DNA from: Gemmatimonadota bacterium
GTDB lineage: Bacteria; Gemmatimonadota; Gemmatimonadetes; Gemmatimonadales; Gemmatimonadaceae
Assembly: GCA_040389905.1 (NCBI GenBank)
Contig: JAZJZK010000008.1
Span: forward strand, 96,001-160,000
DNA length: 64,000 nt
Direction of reading: 5' to 3'
Shown here: piece by piece, positions 29,010 through 38,630 of the stretch
Numbering within the stretch: position 1 is the first letter of the stretch
How the letters are laid out: every line of letters begins with the position of its first letter
Position numbers and translations under genes: made by a program
Notes under the pieces: model-generated
Told to the model about the DNA's origin: nothing
The model's input: the letters and a program-made list of their open reading frames with translations, nothing else
The model's database searches: none

Positions 29010-29963
29010 TCACTCCGCGAGCCACCCTTCGATCATCGCTGTCACGCCCCGTCGCCGGACGTCGGCTATGGGCGTTGCCCACATGTCGATCAATCCTTGC
29101 AAGCGGTACTTGAAGCGAAACAATGTGAGCGCCGGCGTGCGGACATCGACGCCGCTGCTGCCGTATCCGTCGAGAAAGCGGCGCCCGGCATCTTGCCGCT
29201 CCGGCGGCGACAGCCCCTCTTCGAACTCGATGCACGTCAGGAAGCGCGCCGCGTCTTCGCCGCGCGCACACCGGTTGCCAAGGGCGTCGATCGACGGCTC
29301 GAACGAGGGGTCGATGATCGTTCCGCCGCCGGCGTCTCCATCGATGAAGATGTTGAAGGGCCCGAAGTCGCCATGCGTCCGTACGCGTGCGAGGCCGTCC
29401 GCTGTTGTCTGCGCCAGTCGGCGCTCGGTTTCGTCGAGTACCGTTCGCCGCAGCGACGCCGGCACGCGCCACTTCGCCGCCACCCTGTGCAGCCGATGTT
29501 CGATTGCGTGTGCGATCGCCGCAGTGGGATGTGCCCCCAGCAAGGGCACCGCATCAGAACGGTGCAGGGCTGCCAGCCACCGCCCGACGTCGAAGCAGTC
29601 CTGCTCGATCGCGTGCCGGCGCGACTGGGCGTGCAGCCGATGATCCAGCCGTTCACCCGTCGCGTGGACGGAGACCATCGCATCCAGCGGTGGGGGCAGA
29701 TATGCGGCAGGGTCGGCAAGATCGAACCCGCCAAAGGGCGCGCGGTGCGAGAGAAAGGCCCACTCCTTCTCGGCGTCACGCGCACGCGCGTACCGCTTCA
29801 CCCAGTATCGCCGCCGTGTTGCCGCACAACGAAGCTCGATGGCGTCGAGTGTCGTGATCTCTCCTCGAATGCGTTCCAGCACGTGTACGGTGAATGGCCC
29901 GCAATCGCGCATTCTCGGCGCGACGGCCAGCGCCGCCGTCAGCTGCCGCTCGAGCCGACTCAT
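29010..29963 (-). CDS. aminoglycoside/choline phosphotransferase-family kinase
   Basis: YWVKRY, VGRWLAALH, Brenner motif HGDFGPFNI, IIDP, EDAARF. Start set at ATG 29963. Confidence 0.8.
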   Translation of the reverse strand: MSRLERQLTAALAVAPRMRDCGPFTVHVLERIRGEITTLDAIELRCAATRRRYWVKRYARARDAEKEWAFLSHRAPFGGFDLADPAAYLPPPLDAMVSVHATGERLDHRLHAQSRRHAIEQDCFDVGRWLAALHRSDAVPLLGAHPTAAIAHAIEHRLHRVAAKWRVPASLRRTVLDETERRLAQTTADGLARVRTHGDFGPFNIFIDGDAGGGTIIDPSFEPSIDALGNRCARGEDAARFLTCIEFEEGLSPPERQDAGRRFLDGYGSSGVDVRTPALTLFRFKYRLQGLIDMWATPIADVRRRGVTAMIEGWLAE

Positions 29964-29995
29964 GGGCGGGGTCCTGGCCGGCGCGCGATGTTCGC

Positions 29996-31036
29996 GTGCT
30001 GACGCTCTACACGGAAAGTGCGGCGCTCGCGCGCGGGATGGGTCACTGTCCCTTGCTGATGCCCTTTTGGGGCGTGCTCGCCGAGCCGGCAGAGTGGATC
30101 GCGACGCTGCGCTTCGATCGCTTCGCCGAGAGTGGCCGTGCGCACTTCTCCCTTTCGTCGTCGATCGCCGAGGCGGACGTGGCCGTGCTGCCGGGAACGT
30201 GGAATCACTACGAGCGTCATCGGCAGACCGAGCTCGCGATCGATTTCGTCGAGCGGATGACCGCGGCTGGCAAGCAGACGATCGTCTTTGTCGATACGGA
30301 TCGATACGAGCCGCTGCCATTCGCCAATGCGCTCGTGTTTCGCACGTCGATGTACCGGTCGCGGCGCCAGCCCAACGAATTCGCGCAGCCTGCGTGGAGC
30401 GGGGACCTGATGCGGCGCTATTGCAACGGTGTGCTGCCGTTGCGTGAGAAGCGCGAAGTGCCCGTCGTCGGATTCTGCGGGCTCGTGGCGCCCGTCGTGC
30501 GGCGTCGTGCGCTCGACGCGCTGCGAGCGTCGCCGCGCGTGGCGACCAGCTTTGTGGAACGCCGCGGTTTCTTCGGCGGGACGATCCGGTGGAGCACCGT
30601 GAAGGGGATTCATCAGCCGCGCTGGAACCAGAAAAGGGGCATCAAGGTGCGACGAGAGTATGTCGAGAATCTCGTCAGCTGCGACTACGTCCTTTGCGCC
30701 CGCGGCGGCGGCAATTTTTCACATCGATTCTATGAGGCCTTGATCTGCGGGCGCATCCCCGTCTTTGTCGATACGGACTGCGTGCTCCCGTATGACGGCC
30801 TACCCAGGAGCATGACGATCGACTGGCGGCGACACGCCGTCTGGTGCGACGAAACGGAAATCGCGCACATTGCCGACATCGTCGCCGACTTTCATCAACG
30901 CCTTACCGTGAACGCGTTCCGGGAGATGCAGCTGGCCAACCGGCAACTCTGGGAGGAGCGGCTATCGGCGCACGGCTTCTTCTCCTGCCTGCACGAGCAT
31001 CTGCCCGTGTCGCAACCCGCTCGCGACGGTCAGTGA
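29996..31036 (+). CDS. exostosin/GT47-family glycosyltransferase
   Basis: VGFCG, RREYVENL, YVLCARGGGNFSHRFYEALICGRIPVFVDTDCVLP, IDW. Start probably GTG 29996 (track gives 29894). Confidence 0.85.
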   Translation: MLTLYTESAALARGMGHCPLLMPFWGVLAEPAEWIATLRFDRFAESGRAHFSLSSSIAEADVAVLPGTWNHYERHRQTELAIDFVERMTAAGKQTIVFVDTDRYEPLPFANALVFRTSMYRSRRQPNEFAQPAWSGDLMRRYCNGVLPLREKREVPVVGFCGLVAPVVRRRALDALRASPRVATSFVERRGFFGGTIRWSTVKGIHQPRWNQKRGIKVRREYVENLVSCDYVLCARGGGNFSHRFYEALICGRIPVFVDTDCVLPYDGLPRSMTIDWRRHAVWCDETEIAHIADIVADFHQRLTVNAFREMQLANRQLWEERLSAHGFFSCLHEHLPVSQPARDGQ

Positions 31037-31248
31037 GCTGGTGCCGCTTCCGCGCCGTGAGCCGGCGCCGCCGTGCCGGCGGCCTGAAAGCGCACATCCG
31101 TCGGCGCCTTGTACGTCGCGTTGTGGACGTAGGCTGCGCCCGCGGCGGAGGCGATAGCGAGCAACACGACGAACGCGGCAACTCCCCATCCTTCCTGCTT
31201 GAACGGGATATGCCGGCCAGCGTGCGAATCGGTCGTTTCGTCCTGCAT
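31030..31248 (-). CDS. small single-TM hypothetical protein (72 aa)
   Basis: GGAG RBS before ATG 31248; MQDETTDSHAGRHIPFKQEGWGVAAFVVLLA...; the end of a long antisense ORF in the track. Confidence 0.7.
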   Translation of the reverse strand: MQDETTDSHAGRHIPFKQEGWGVAAFVVLLAIASAAGAAYVHNATYKAPTDVRFQAAGTAAPAHGAEAAPAH

Positions 31249-31374
31249 CAGCGTCTCCGTGTGGGTCGAGTTCCGCGAATAAGTTAGCCCGCCGAGTGCG
31301 GACGCAACAGCCGCACGGGTGCAGATTCTGCACGCTCGGGTTTTCCCTGACAGACAGCCGGAGAGGCAGGATCG

Positions 31375-32322
31375 ATGACCACGAAACAGGCACGTGTGCA
31401 GGACACGGCAGGCATCGCGCGGAGGCCCCTTGGCCGAACGGGGGCCGTCGTTTCTGCCCTGGGCTTGGGCGGGTACCACCTCGGCCTCATTGGCTCCGAG
31501 CGAGAGGCCATCTCCATCGTGCATGCGTCGATCGATGCGGGCATCACCTTCATGGACAATGCGTGGGAGTACCATGATGGCAAGAGCGAAACGCGCATGG
31601 GGAAGGCGCTCGCCAACGGATGGCGCGAGCGTGTCTTCCTGATGACCAAGGTCTGCACGCATGGCCGCGACGCGAAGACGGCGATGCGCCAGCTCGAGGA
31701 CTCGCTTCGGCGCCTGAAGACAGATCACGTCGATCTCTGGCAGGTGCATGAGGTGGCGTACGACGGAGATCCGGATCGTCACTTCATGAAGGGCGGCGTG
31801 ATCGACGCGCTCGACCGCGCAAAAGCAAAGGGCCTCGTCCGATTCGTCGGCTTCACCGGACACAAGGATCCAGCGCTGCACCTGCAGATGCTGTCTCGCG
31901 GGTATCCCTTCGATACCTGCCAACTGCCACTCAATTGCTTCGACGCGACCTTCCGGAGCTTCGAGCAACAGGTACTGCCGGAACTTGCGCGGCAGGGCAT
32001 TGCGGCGCTTGGCATGAAGAGCCTTGGCGGCGAGGGTGTCGCGGTCACCAAGCGCGCCGTCGGCGCGAAGGAGGCGCTGCGCTATGCAATGAGCCTTCCC
32101 GTTGCCACGACGGTCAGTGGCATCGACTCGATGAAGGTGTTGCGACAGAACGTCGGCGTTGCGAGCGACTTTACGCCGATGTCGTCGCTCGAGATGCAAC
32201 GATTACGCGATCGGTGCGCACGATACGCGGTCGACGGACGCTTCGAGCTTTACAAGACGACGGCGAAACACGAAGGTGAAGTGGGACGTCGCCAACACGG
32301 CTTTCCACTGGATGTGACGTAG
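31375..32322 (+). CDS. aldo/keto reductase
   Basis: RRPLGRTG, LGLGG, FMDNAWEY, FLMTK, SLRRLKTDHVDLWQVH, FVGFTGH. Confidence 0.95.
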   Translation: MTTKQARVQDTAGIARRPLGRTGAVVSALGLGGYHLGLIGSEREAISIVHASIDAGITFMDNAWEYHDGKSETRMGKALANGWRERVFLMTKVCTHGRDAKTAMRQLEDSLRRLKTDHVDLWQVHEVAYDGDPDRHFMKGGVIDALDRAKAKGLVRFVGFTGHKDPALHLQMLSRGYPFDTCQLPLNCFDATFRSFEQQVLPELARQGIAALGMKSLGGEGVAVTKRAVGAKEALRYAMSLPVATTVSGIDSMKVLRQNVGVASDFTPMSSLEMQRLRDRCARYAVDGRFELYKTTAKHEGEVGRRQHGFPLDVT

Positions 32323-32442
32323 ATCGCAATTTCGTGGCACGACGTTGGCGTACCGAATGGTCGAACACTTCGGACGATCGAAGCGTCATCCGCGCCTTAC
32401 GCGCGGCTTGAACGTACTCGTGGCTACGAGGATTTTGACGAC

Positions 32443-33935
32443 ATGAAGCGCCCCACCACCCTTGCCGCCGTACTCGGCGTGCTCGCCGTGACTGCCTGTC
32501 AGGACGGCCCCTTTCTCCATCGCAGATCGCACCGCCACCCGCACAGAAGACGCTCCAGGCTGGTGCGGCCGCACTCGATCCCAGTCTCACCCAGCGGCTT
32601 GCCACCGCGCTCCCCACCGACCGCATCGAGGTGATTGCTACGCTCGATGAATCAGCAGATGTGCTCAACGTCACACGGGGCATCATGCAAACGGGCGCCG
32701 GCGTCATTCGTTTCCAGCACTTGCCGATGGTCGCGGCGCTGGCGAGCCCTGCAGAAATCTCTGCAATGCGCAGCGTCAGCGGTGTGAGTGGTGTTTACGC
32801 GAACAAGAAAATCGTCTACCTGCTCCGCGAGAGCCGAGCACAGATTCAGGCGGACCAGGTGCATGCGTCCGGGATTACAGGCAAGGGCGTTGGCGTTGCC
32901 ATTCTCGATTCCGGCATCGACGGACTGAATCCGACGCTCACGTACCCCACCAAGACAGTGGCGAATGTAAAGGTCGCGTTCAGCGTGAAGGACCTCGTGA
33001 CCTTCGGCGACGACCCGACGCTTCCCAAGCTCGCTGGCCAACTCGTCGCGGAGAATCTGCCGAACAGCGAGACTGGACTGATGGGACACGGAACACACGT
33101 CGCTGGCATTGTCGGCGGCGATAGCACCTCGGTGCAGAACGGGATCTACAAGGGCATTGCTCCGGGTGCGAAGCTGATCGGTATCGCCACCGGAGAGGGC
33201 CCGACGGTCCTCTACGCACTGGCCGGCTTCGATTGGCTGCTGGAACATCGTGAGCAGTACAACATCCGCGTCGTCAACAATTCCTGGGGCACCACCGGTG
33301 ACTACGTTGCGGGCGACCCAATCAACGTCGCATCGAAGAAGGCTCACGATGCCGGTGTGGCCGTCGTGTTCGCTTCCGGCAATTGTGGTGTCGGCGGCGA
33401 CACGGATTGTCCGCCAGCCGGCGAGAACCAGTTGAATCCGTATAGCGTCGCGCCGTGGGTCATCGGCGTAGCGGCAGGGTGCAAGTACAGTGTGCCGGAT
33501 CCGACCAATTCCGTGGGATCGACGTGTCTCGACGCCGCAGGCAGAACCGTGCTTGCGAGCTTCTCGTCGCGTGGCCTGCCCGGGAGTGAACTCTATCATC
33601 CGACGCTGACGGCGCCCGGAGTGCGCATCGTCTCCACGCGGGCGTCAACGGGGCTCACGTTGAACGCGCTCGACGCGAACAGCGACGTCCGACTCTGCAA
33701 TAGCAGTATCGCGAACCTCCAGTATTACACGTGCGCATCCGGAACGTCGATGGCCGCTCCGCACATCGCCGGCGTGGTCGCGCTGATGATCGAGGCGTCG
33801 AAGGGAACGCTGACGCCGGACAATGCAAAGGCGGCGCTCGTGAAGACGGTGACGAAGCTGCCAGGATACGCCACCTTCGAGGTGGGCGCCGGTTACGTGA
33901 ACGCGCTCGCAGCGGTGAAGGCCGTCAAGAAATAG
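32443..33935 (+). pseudogene. S8 subtilisin-like lipoprotein peptidase, frameshifted near 32508-32514 (pseudogene or assembly error)
   Basis: Lipoprotein signal MKRPTT...LAVTAC in one frame; propeptide and catalytic ILDSG, HGTHVAG, ASGN, GTSMA in the -1 frame (32631-33935). Confidence 0.8.
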
Positions 33936-34013
33936 TCCCGCTCCTGTCCCTATCGGTCGAGAGAATGCATCCTTTCGGTATCTCGGGCTGTCACAAGAAC
34001 GAGACTCTCCGAC

Positions 34014-36458
34014 ATGCATTCTCTCCTGATCGACCAACTGACTGCCGCCCTGGGCCAGGGCTACACCATCGAGCGCGAGCTCGGTGGTGGCGGCATGTCA
34101 CGCGTGTTCGTCGCGTTCGACGAGGAGTTGCAGCGACGTGTGGCGGTGAAGGTCATGCCGGAGCATCTCGCTGCATCCGTCTCCGTCGAGCGCTTCAAGC
34201 GTGAGATCCTGCTCTCGGCAAGTCTCCAGCATCCGCACATCGTTGGTGTGCTGAGTGCCGGTGAGGCGGGAGGGCTGCCCTTCTTCGTCATGCCGTACGT
34301 GGAAGGGGAGTCGCTCGGCACGCGCATCGCGCGCGCGGGGAGCATGCCGGTGCGGGAGACGGTGTCGATTCTCAAGGACGTGTGTCGCGCGCTCGCGTAT
34401 GCCCATGAGCGCGGGGTCGTGCACCGCGATATCAAGCCGCACAACATCCTCCTCGCTGCGGGAGCGGCAACGGTCACCGATTTTGGTGTCGCGAAAGCCC
34501 TGAGTTCGTCGCGGCGCTCCGGAGCCGACAAGCATGGCACACTGACCGGTACTGGCACCTCGCTCGGCACCCCGCTGTACATGGCGCCGGAACAAGCGGC
34601 GGCGGATCCCGATGTCGACCATCGCGCTGACATTTATGCGTTCGGGATCACAGCGTACGAGATGCTGACGGCACATCCTCCGTTCGCCGGCTTGGCGCCG
34701 CGCGCGCTGCTCACCGCACGCATGACGGAAGATCCACCAGCGGTCTCGACGCTGCGGTCGGACGTCCCGTCCGCCTTGAGCGACTTGATCATGCGTTGCC
34801 TCGCGCGCGAGCCTGGCGATCGCCCGCAAACGGCAGCGGAAGTGCTCGTTGCGCTCGACAATCCCGACGTGATGAGCGGTGCGTTCGCGGCCCCGCCGCG
34901 ACAGAAGCTCGGACTCCACTCGTTGCGAGATTGGCGCTTCGCGGCGGCGGCCATCCTGATTCTCGGCGCGATGGGCACCGCAACCTACGTCGCTCGGCGT
35001 CCCGCAGCGGCCGTTGCTCCAGTGACGGTGGCGGCCGCTCCTGCCGCGTCCGCGTCATCGATCGTCGTGGTGCCGCTCGTCAGCATCGGGTCCGATTCCA
35101 GCAACGCCTACCTCGCTGATGGAATAACCAATGAGTTGGCCGCGGCGCTGGGTCGAGTTCCTGGTGTGCAGGTCGTTTCGCCAAGCAGGGCGGCCGCAAT
35201 GCTCGCCGCAGGAAAGTCGCCGAGCGACATCGGGAAGGCATTGAATGTCGCGTTGCAACTCGAAGGAACCGTTCAGCGCGAGGGCAAGCGAATGCGCGTC
35301 ACCGCGCGTTTGGTGGGCGTCACCGATGGCGTGATGCGCTGGTCGGACATGTACGAGCGCGATGCGACGGACCTCCTGACGGTTCAGAGCGAGCTGGCGC
35401 ATGCGATCACCGATGCCGTGGGTAGCGCCATGGGGAGCCAATCCGCGCTGGCGTCACACGATGCCGATACGGTATCCCCAACAGCGACCAAGGAACTGAG
35501 TCAGGCATACGACCTGTACATGCGTGGCCGCTTTCAGCTGAGTCGTCGCAGCGCCCAGTCGCTTCAGGAGGCAATCAGCTATTTCGGCCAGGCGGTCAAG
35601 AAGGATCCACGCTTCGCCCCCGCGTACAGCGGGCTCGCCGATGCCCAGGGTTTGCTCCCGCTCTACACGAGCGTCAATGCGCAGGCGACGCTCACGTCAG
35701 CCCTTGCGAGTGCCGATCGCGCGATCTCGCTGGATAGTTCCCTTGCCGAGGCGTGGGCATCGCGCGGCGTGCTGCAGGCGAGGAGCTGGAAGTGGGCGGA
35801 CGCCGAGCGCGATTTTCGGCGCGCGATTGCGCTGAATCCGCGGTACGCACCCGCGCAGCAATGGCTCGGCGAACTTCTCCTCGTGATGGGCCGAATTCCC
35901 GATGCCACCCGCTCGCTCGAAACCGCTGCGCAACTCGATCCCTCGTCGCCCGTGATCGTGGGTTCGCTCGGCATGACACTGGGTCTGGCCGGCCGCATCC
36001 CGGAGGCAGTTACGACCGCCGAGCGCGCGGTGTCGTACGACTCCTCGCTCGTGGTAACGCGCTTCATGCTCGGCGCGACGCATTTGTACGTGCACCAGGC
36101 GGCCAAGGCAATTCCGCCACTCGAGGCGGCGGTGCGCATTGACCCCGGTTCGCGCACGGCGCTTGGCCTGCTTGGCTACGCCTATGCCTTGACGGGTGAC
36201 GCGTCGTCGGCGCGACGGACGCGAGCGCGCATCGAGTCGATGCCCGCTGGCCCCGGGACTGACGTCGCGATCGCGCGCATCGCGCTCGCACTCGGCGATA
36301 CGGCGGAGGCGATTTCGCGCCTCGAACGCGCAGCGAAGACGCGCGATCCATTCTTTGCCACCGAGCTCGCGACGTCGCCGATCTTCGACACCATCAGGGC
36401 GAATCCGCGGTACGTCGCATTGTTGCGCGGGGTTGGATTGTCGGCCCGGACGAGTTGA
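34014..36458 (+). CDS. Hanks-type Ser/Thr protein kinase with TM, TolB-like and TPR domains
   Basis: LGGGGMSRV, VAVK, HRDIKPHN, VTDFG, GTPLYMAPE; YLADGITNEL...LEGTVQREG; TPR repeats. Confidence 0.96.
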   Translation: MHSLLIDQLTAALGQGYTIERELGGGGMSRVFVAFDEELQRRVAVKVMPEHLAASVSVERFKREILLSASLQHPHIVGVLSAGEAGGLPFFVMPYVEGESLGTRIARAGSMPVRETVSILKDVCRALAYAHERGVVHRDIKPHNILLAAGAATVTDFGVAKALSSSRRSGADKHGTLTGTGTSLGTPLYMAPEQAAADPDVDHRADIYAFGITAYEMLTAHPPFAGLAPRALLTARMTEDPPAVSTLRSDVPSALSDLIMRCLAREPGDRPQTAAEVLVALDNPDVMSGAFAAPPRQKLGLHSLRDWRFAAAAILILGAMGTATYVARRPAAAVAPVTVAAAPAASASSIVVVPLVSIGSDSSNAYLADGITNELAAALGRVPGVQVVSPSRAAAMLAAGKSPSDIGKALNVALQLEGTVQREGKRMRVTARLVGVTDGVMRWSDMYERDATDLLTVQSELAHAITDAVGSAMGSQSALASHDADTVSPTATKELSQAYDLYMRGRFQLSRRSAQSLQEAISYFGQAVKKDPRFAPAYSGLADAQGLLPLYTSVNAQATLTSALASADRAISLDSSLAEAWASRGVLQARSWKWADAERDFRRAIALNPRYAPAQQWLGELLLVMGRIPDATRSLETAAQLDPSSPVIVGSLGMTLGLAGRIPEAVTTAERAVSYDSSLVVTRFMLGATHLYVHQAAKAIPPLEAAVRIDPGSRTALGLLGYAYALTGDASSARRTRARIESMPAGPGTDVAIARIALALGDTAEAISRLERAAKTRDPFFATELATSPIFDTIRANPRYVALLRGVGLSARTS

Positions 36459-36472
36459 GCGGAACGGCGGAG

Positions 36473-36504
36473 GTGCAGACCCCGCGACTTCGCTCGGGGT
36501 GACA
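36473..36504 (-). repeat. single REP-like unit
   Basis: GTGCAGACCCCGCGACTTCGCTCGGGGTGACA, the reverse complement of the 44750-44781 consensus. Confidence 0.8.
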
Positions 36505-36574
36505 GCCGCCGCAGAATTCGTCTCGGCGAGCGCTTCTCCATTAGACTAAAGCCGTCATCACAACGAGAGCGAGA

Positions 36575-37543
36575 ATGCGCGCGATTCGAGTGCACGAGAT
36601 CGGTGGTCCCGAAGTCATGGTGCTCGACAACGTGCCGGACCCGGTGCCGGGTCCCGGCGAAGCGCTGGTCCGGATGGAGGCGATTGGCCTGAACTTCATC
36701 GAAGTGTATTTCCGGAAAGGCCAATACAAGACGGCGCTTCCCTTCACGCCCGGTACTGAAGGCGCCGGAACGGTCGTCGCGCTCGGTGAAGGAGCCACCG
36801 GCGTCAGCGTCGGGGATCGTGTCGCGTCGGTGAATTTTGCGGGGTCCTACGCCGAGCTTTCCATCGCGAGGGCCGATCGCCTCGTTCGCATTCCCGATGG
36901 CGTCGGCACGCGCACAGGCGCCGCCGCGATGCTTCAGGGCATGACTGCGCACTATCTCGCGACGTCCGTCTATGCGTTGACGCAGGGCGATCGATGTCTG
37001 GTTCACGCGGCAGCGGGCGGTGTGGGTCTCATTCTTTGCCAGATCGCGAAGCGTGTCGGTGCGCACGCGATCGGCACGGTGTCGACGGAGGAGAAGGCCG
37101 CGCTCGCGCGCGCCGCTGGCGCCGAGGATGTCATCCTCTACACGAAGGAAGATTTCGTCGAGAGCGTAATGCGAATCACCGACGGGAAGAAGGTGCAGGT
37201 CGTCTACGACTCCGTGGGCGCAACGACGTTCCTCAAGAGTCTCGACTGCCTCGCCCCACGAGGGATGATGGCGCTCTTCGGCCAGTCGAGCGGGCCCGTC
37301 GCACCCTTCGATCCGGCGCTGCTCAATCCGAAGGGATCGCTCTTTCTCACACGTCCCACGCTCGCGCACTACGTCGCCACGAGCGAGGAGCTTGCGTGGC
37401 GCGCCGGCGACATCCTCGGCTGGGTGAACGACGGCACGCTCGACGTTCGCATCGATCGCGAGGTGCCACTTGTCCACGTGGCCGAGGCGCATCGAGCGCT
37501 CGAGGGACGCCGCACGACGGGCAAGGTGCTGATCGTCCCGTGA
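36575..37543 (+). CDS. qor: NADPH:quinone oxidoreductase (zeta-crystallin/Qor)
   Basis: GGPEV, IGLNFIE, GMTAHYL, HAAAGGVG, YDSVG, FGQSSG, KGSLFLTRP. Confidence 0.93.
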   Translation: MRAIRVHEIGGPEVMVLDNVPDPVPGPGEALVRMEAIGLNFIEVYFRKGQYKTALPFTPGTEGAGTVVALGEGATGVSVGDRVASVNFAGSYAELSIARADRLVRIPDGVGTRTGAAAMLQGMTAHYLATSVYALTQGDRCLVHAAAGGVGLILCQIAKRVGAHAIGTVSTEEKAALARAAGAEDVILYTKEDFVESVMRITDGKKVQVVYDSVGATTFLKSLDCLAPRGMMALFGQSSGPVAPFDPALLNPKGSLFLTRPTLAHYVATSEELAWRAGDILGWVNDGTLDVRIDREVPLVHVAEAHRALEGRRTTGKVLIVP

Positions 37544-37579
37544 CGTTACTCCCGAAGTGACGACGGCGTCCCGATAGCG

Positions 37580-38212
37580 ATGCGTCGTGTCGCCGTGGTC
37601 CTCGTTGCACTGGCAGTCTCTGGCTGCGCACGCCAGCTCTATTCCACGTCCGCGCCAGCCTCGAAACCGTCGTCCACTCCGGTGACACTTGCTGGTGCGA
37701 CCAACGTCGCGCGCCCAATTGTCACGCCGGTGTCGAGCGTGGAAGCTGTGGACTACCTCCTGGCGAGCGGGCTCCTTCTCCCCGTGGCAGGAGTGGCGAC
37801 CGCGCAGTTGCGCGACACCTTCGACGAAGGGCGCGACGGCGGGCGCGTGCATCGCGCACTCGACATCATGTCGCCGCGTGGAACCCCGATTCTCTCGGCG
37901 GATGACGGGCGCGTGCTCCGAATAGGATTCAACGAGCTGGGTGGAAACAGCATCTACGCGAGTGATTCACTGGGGCGTGTGGTCTATTACTATGCGCATC
38001 TGGATGCGTACCGACCGGGGCTGGTTCAGGGCGCCCTGATTGCACGCGGTGACACGCTGGGATTCGTCGGCACCACGGGCAACGCGCCCAAGGATACGCC
38101 GCATCTTCACTTTCAGGTGATGCGGATGCCGCCGGACGGCAAGTACTGGGATGGCGACCCGATCAACCCGTTCCCGATTCTTCTCCTCACGCACGAGCAC
38201 GTTCGGCCATGA
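37580..38212 (+). CDS. M23 metallopeptidase lipoprotein
   Basis: Lipobox VSGC; HRALD (HxxxD), YYAHL, PHLHF. Confidence 0.93.
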   Translation: MRRVAVVLVALAVSGCARQLYSTSAPASKPSSTPVTLAGATNVARPIVTPVSSVEAVDYLLASGLLLPVAGVATAQLRDTFDEGRDGGRVHRALDIMSPRGTPILSADDGRVLRIGFNELGGNSIYASDSLGRVVYYYAHLDAYRPGLVQGALIARGDTLGFVGTTGNAPKDTPHLHFQVMRMPPDGKYWDGDPINPFPILLLTHEHVRP

Positions 38213-38517
38213 CACTGACGTCCAAGGAGCGCGCAACACTCCGCGCCGAAGCGCATCATCTCTCGCCCATCGTCCACATGGGTCATCAGGGGCTGACCGA
38301 CGCGTTGCTCCAGACGATCGATGATGCGTTGCGCACGCACGAGCTGGTCAAGATCGCGATGGCCAAGACCGTTGACGTGAAGCCCAAGGACGCGTCGCAC
38401 GAGCTCGCTGAGAAACTTGGCGCGGACGTGGTCCAGACGATCGGGCGGACATGCACGCTCTACCGGGAGAACCCTGATCTTGTGAAGAAGAAGGGAGCGT
38501 TGCCGGCCTGGAAGTGA
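38209..38517 (+). CDS. yhbY: YhbY RNA-binding (CRM domain) protein
   Basis: LTSKERATLRAEAHHL.P, HELVKI, VQTIG, LYR. Confidence 0.93.
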   Translation: MTLTSKERATLRAEAHHLSPIVHMGHQGLTDALLQTIDDALRTHELVKIAMAKTVDVKPKDASHELAEKLGADVVQTIGRTCTLYRENPDLVKKKGALPAWK

Positions 38518-38525
38518 CTGATCTT

Positions 38526-38630
38526 GGGGACAGCGGACAGGGAACAGGGGACAGGGGACAGGGAACAGGAACAGCAGGGCTTGAGCCTTGTCCCGCCGTT
38601 CCTGTCACCTGTCACCTGTCCCCTGTCCCC
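38526..38630. repeat. inverted heptamer arrays (GGGGACA / CCTGTCC)
   Basis: GGGGACAGCGGACAGGGAACAGGGGACAGGGGACAGGGAAC ... GTTCCTGTCACCTGTCACCTGTCCCCTGTCCCC, between convergent genes. Confidence 0.88.

Noticed and set aside
31249..32199. N-terminal 317 aa of the 389-aa minus-strand ORF
   Set aside because: Antisense to the aldo/keto reductase; only the last 72 codons have an RBS and look like a real protein.
36182..37852. 556-aa minus-strand ORF
   Set aside because: Antisense shadow of qor, the kinase end and the M23 gene; Arg/Ala-rich with no motifs, typical of high-GC DNA.
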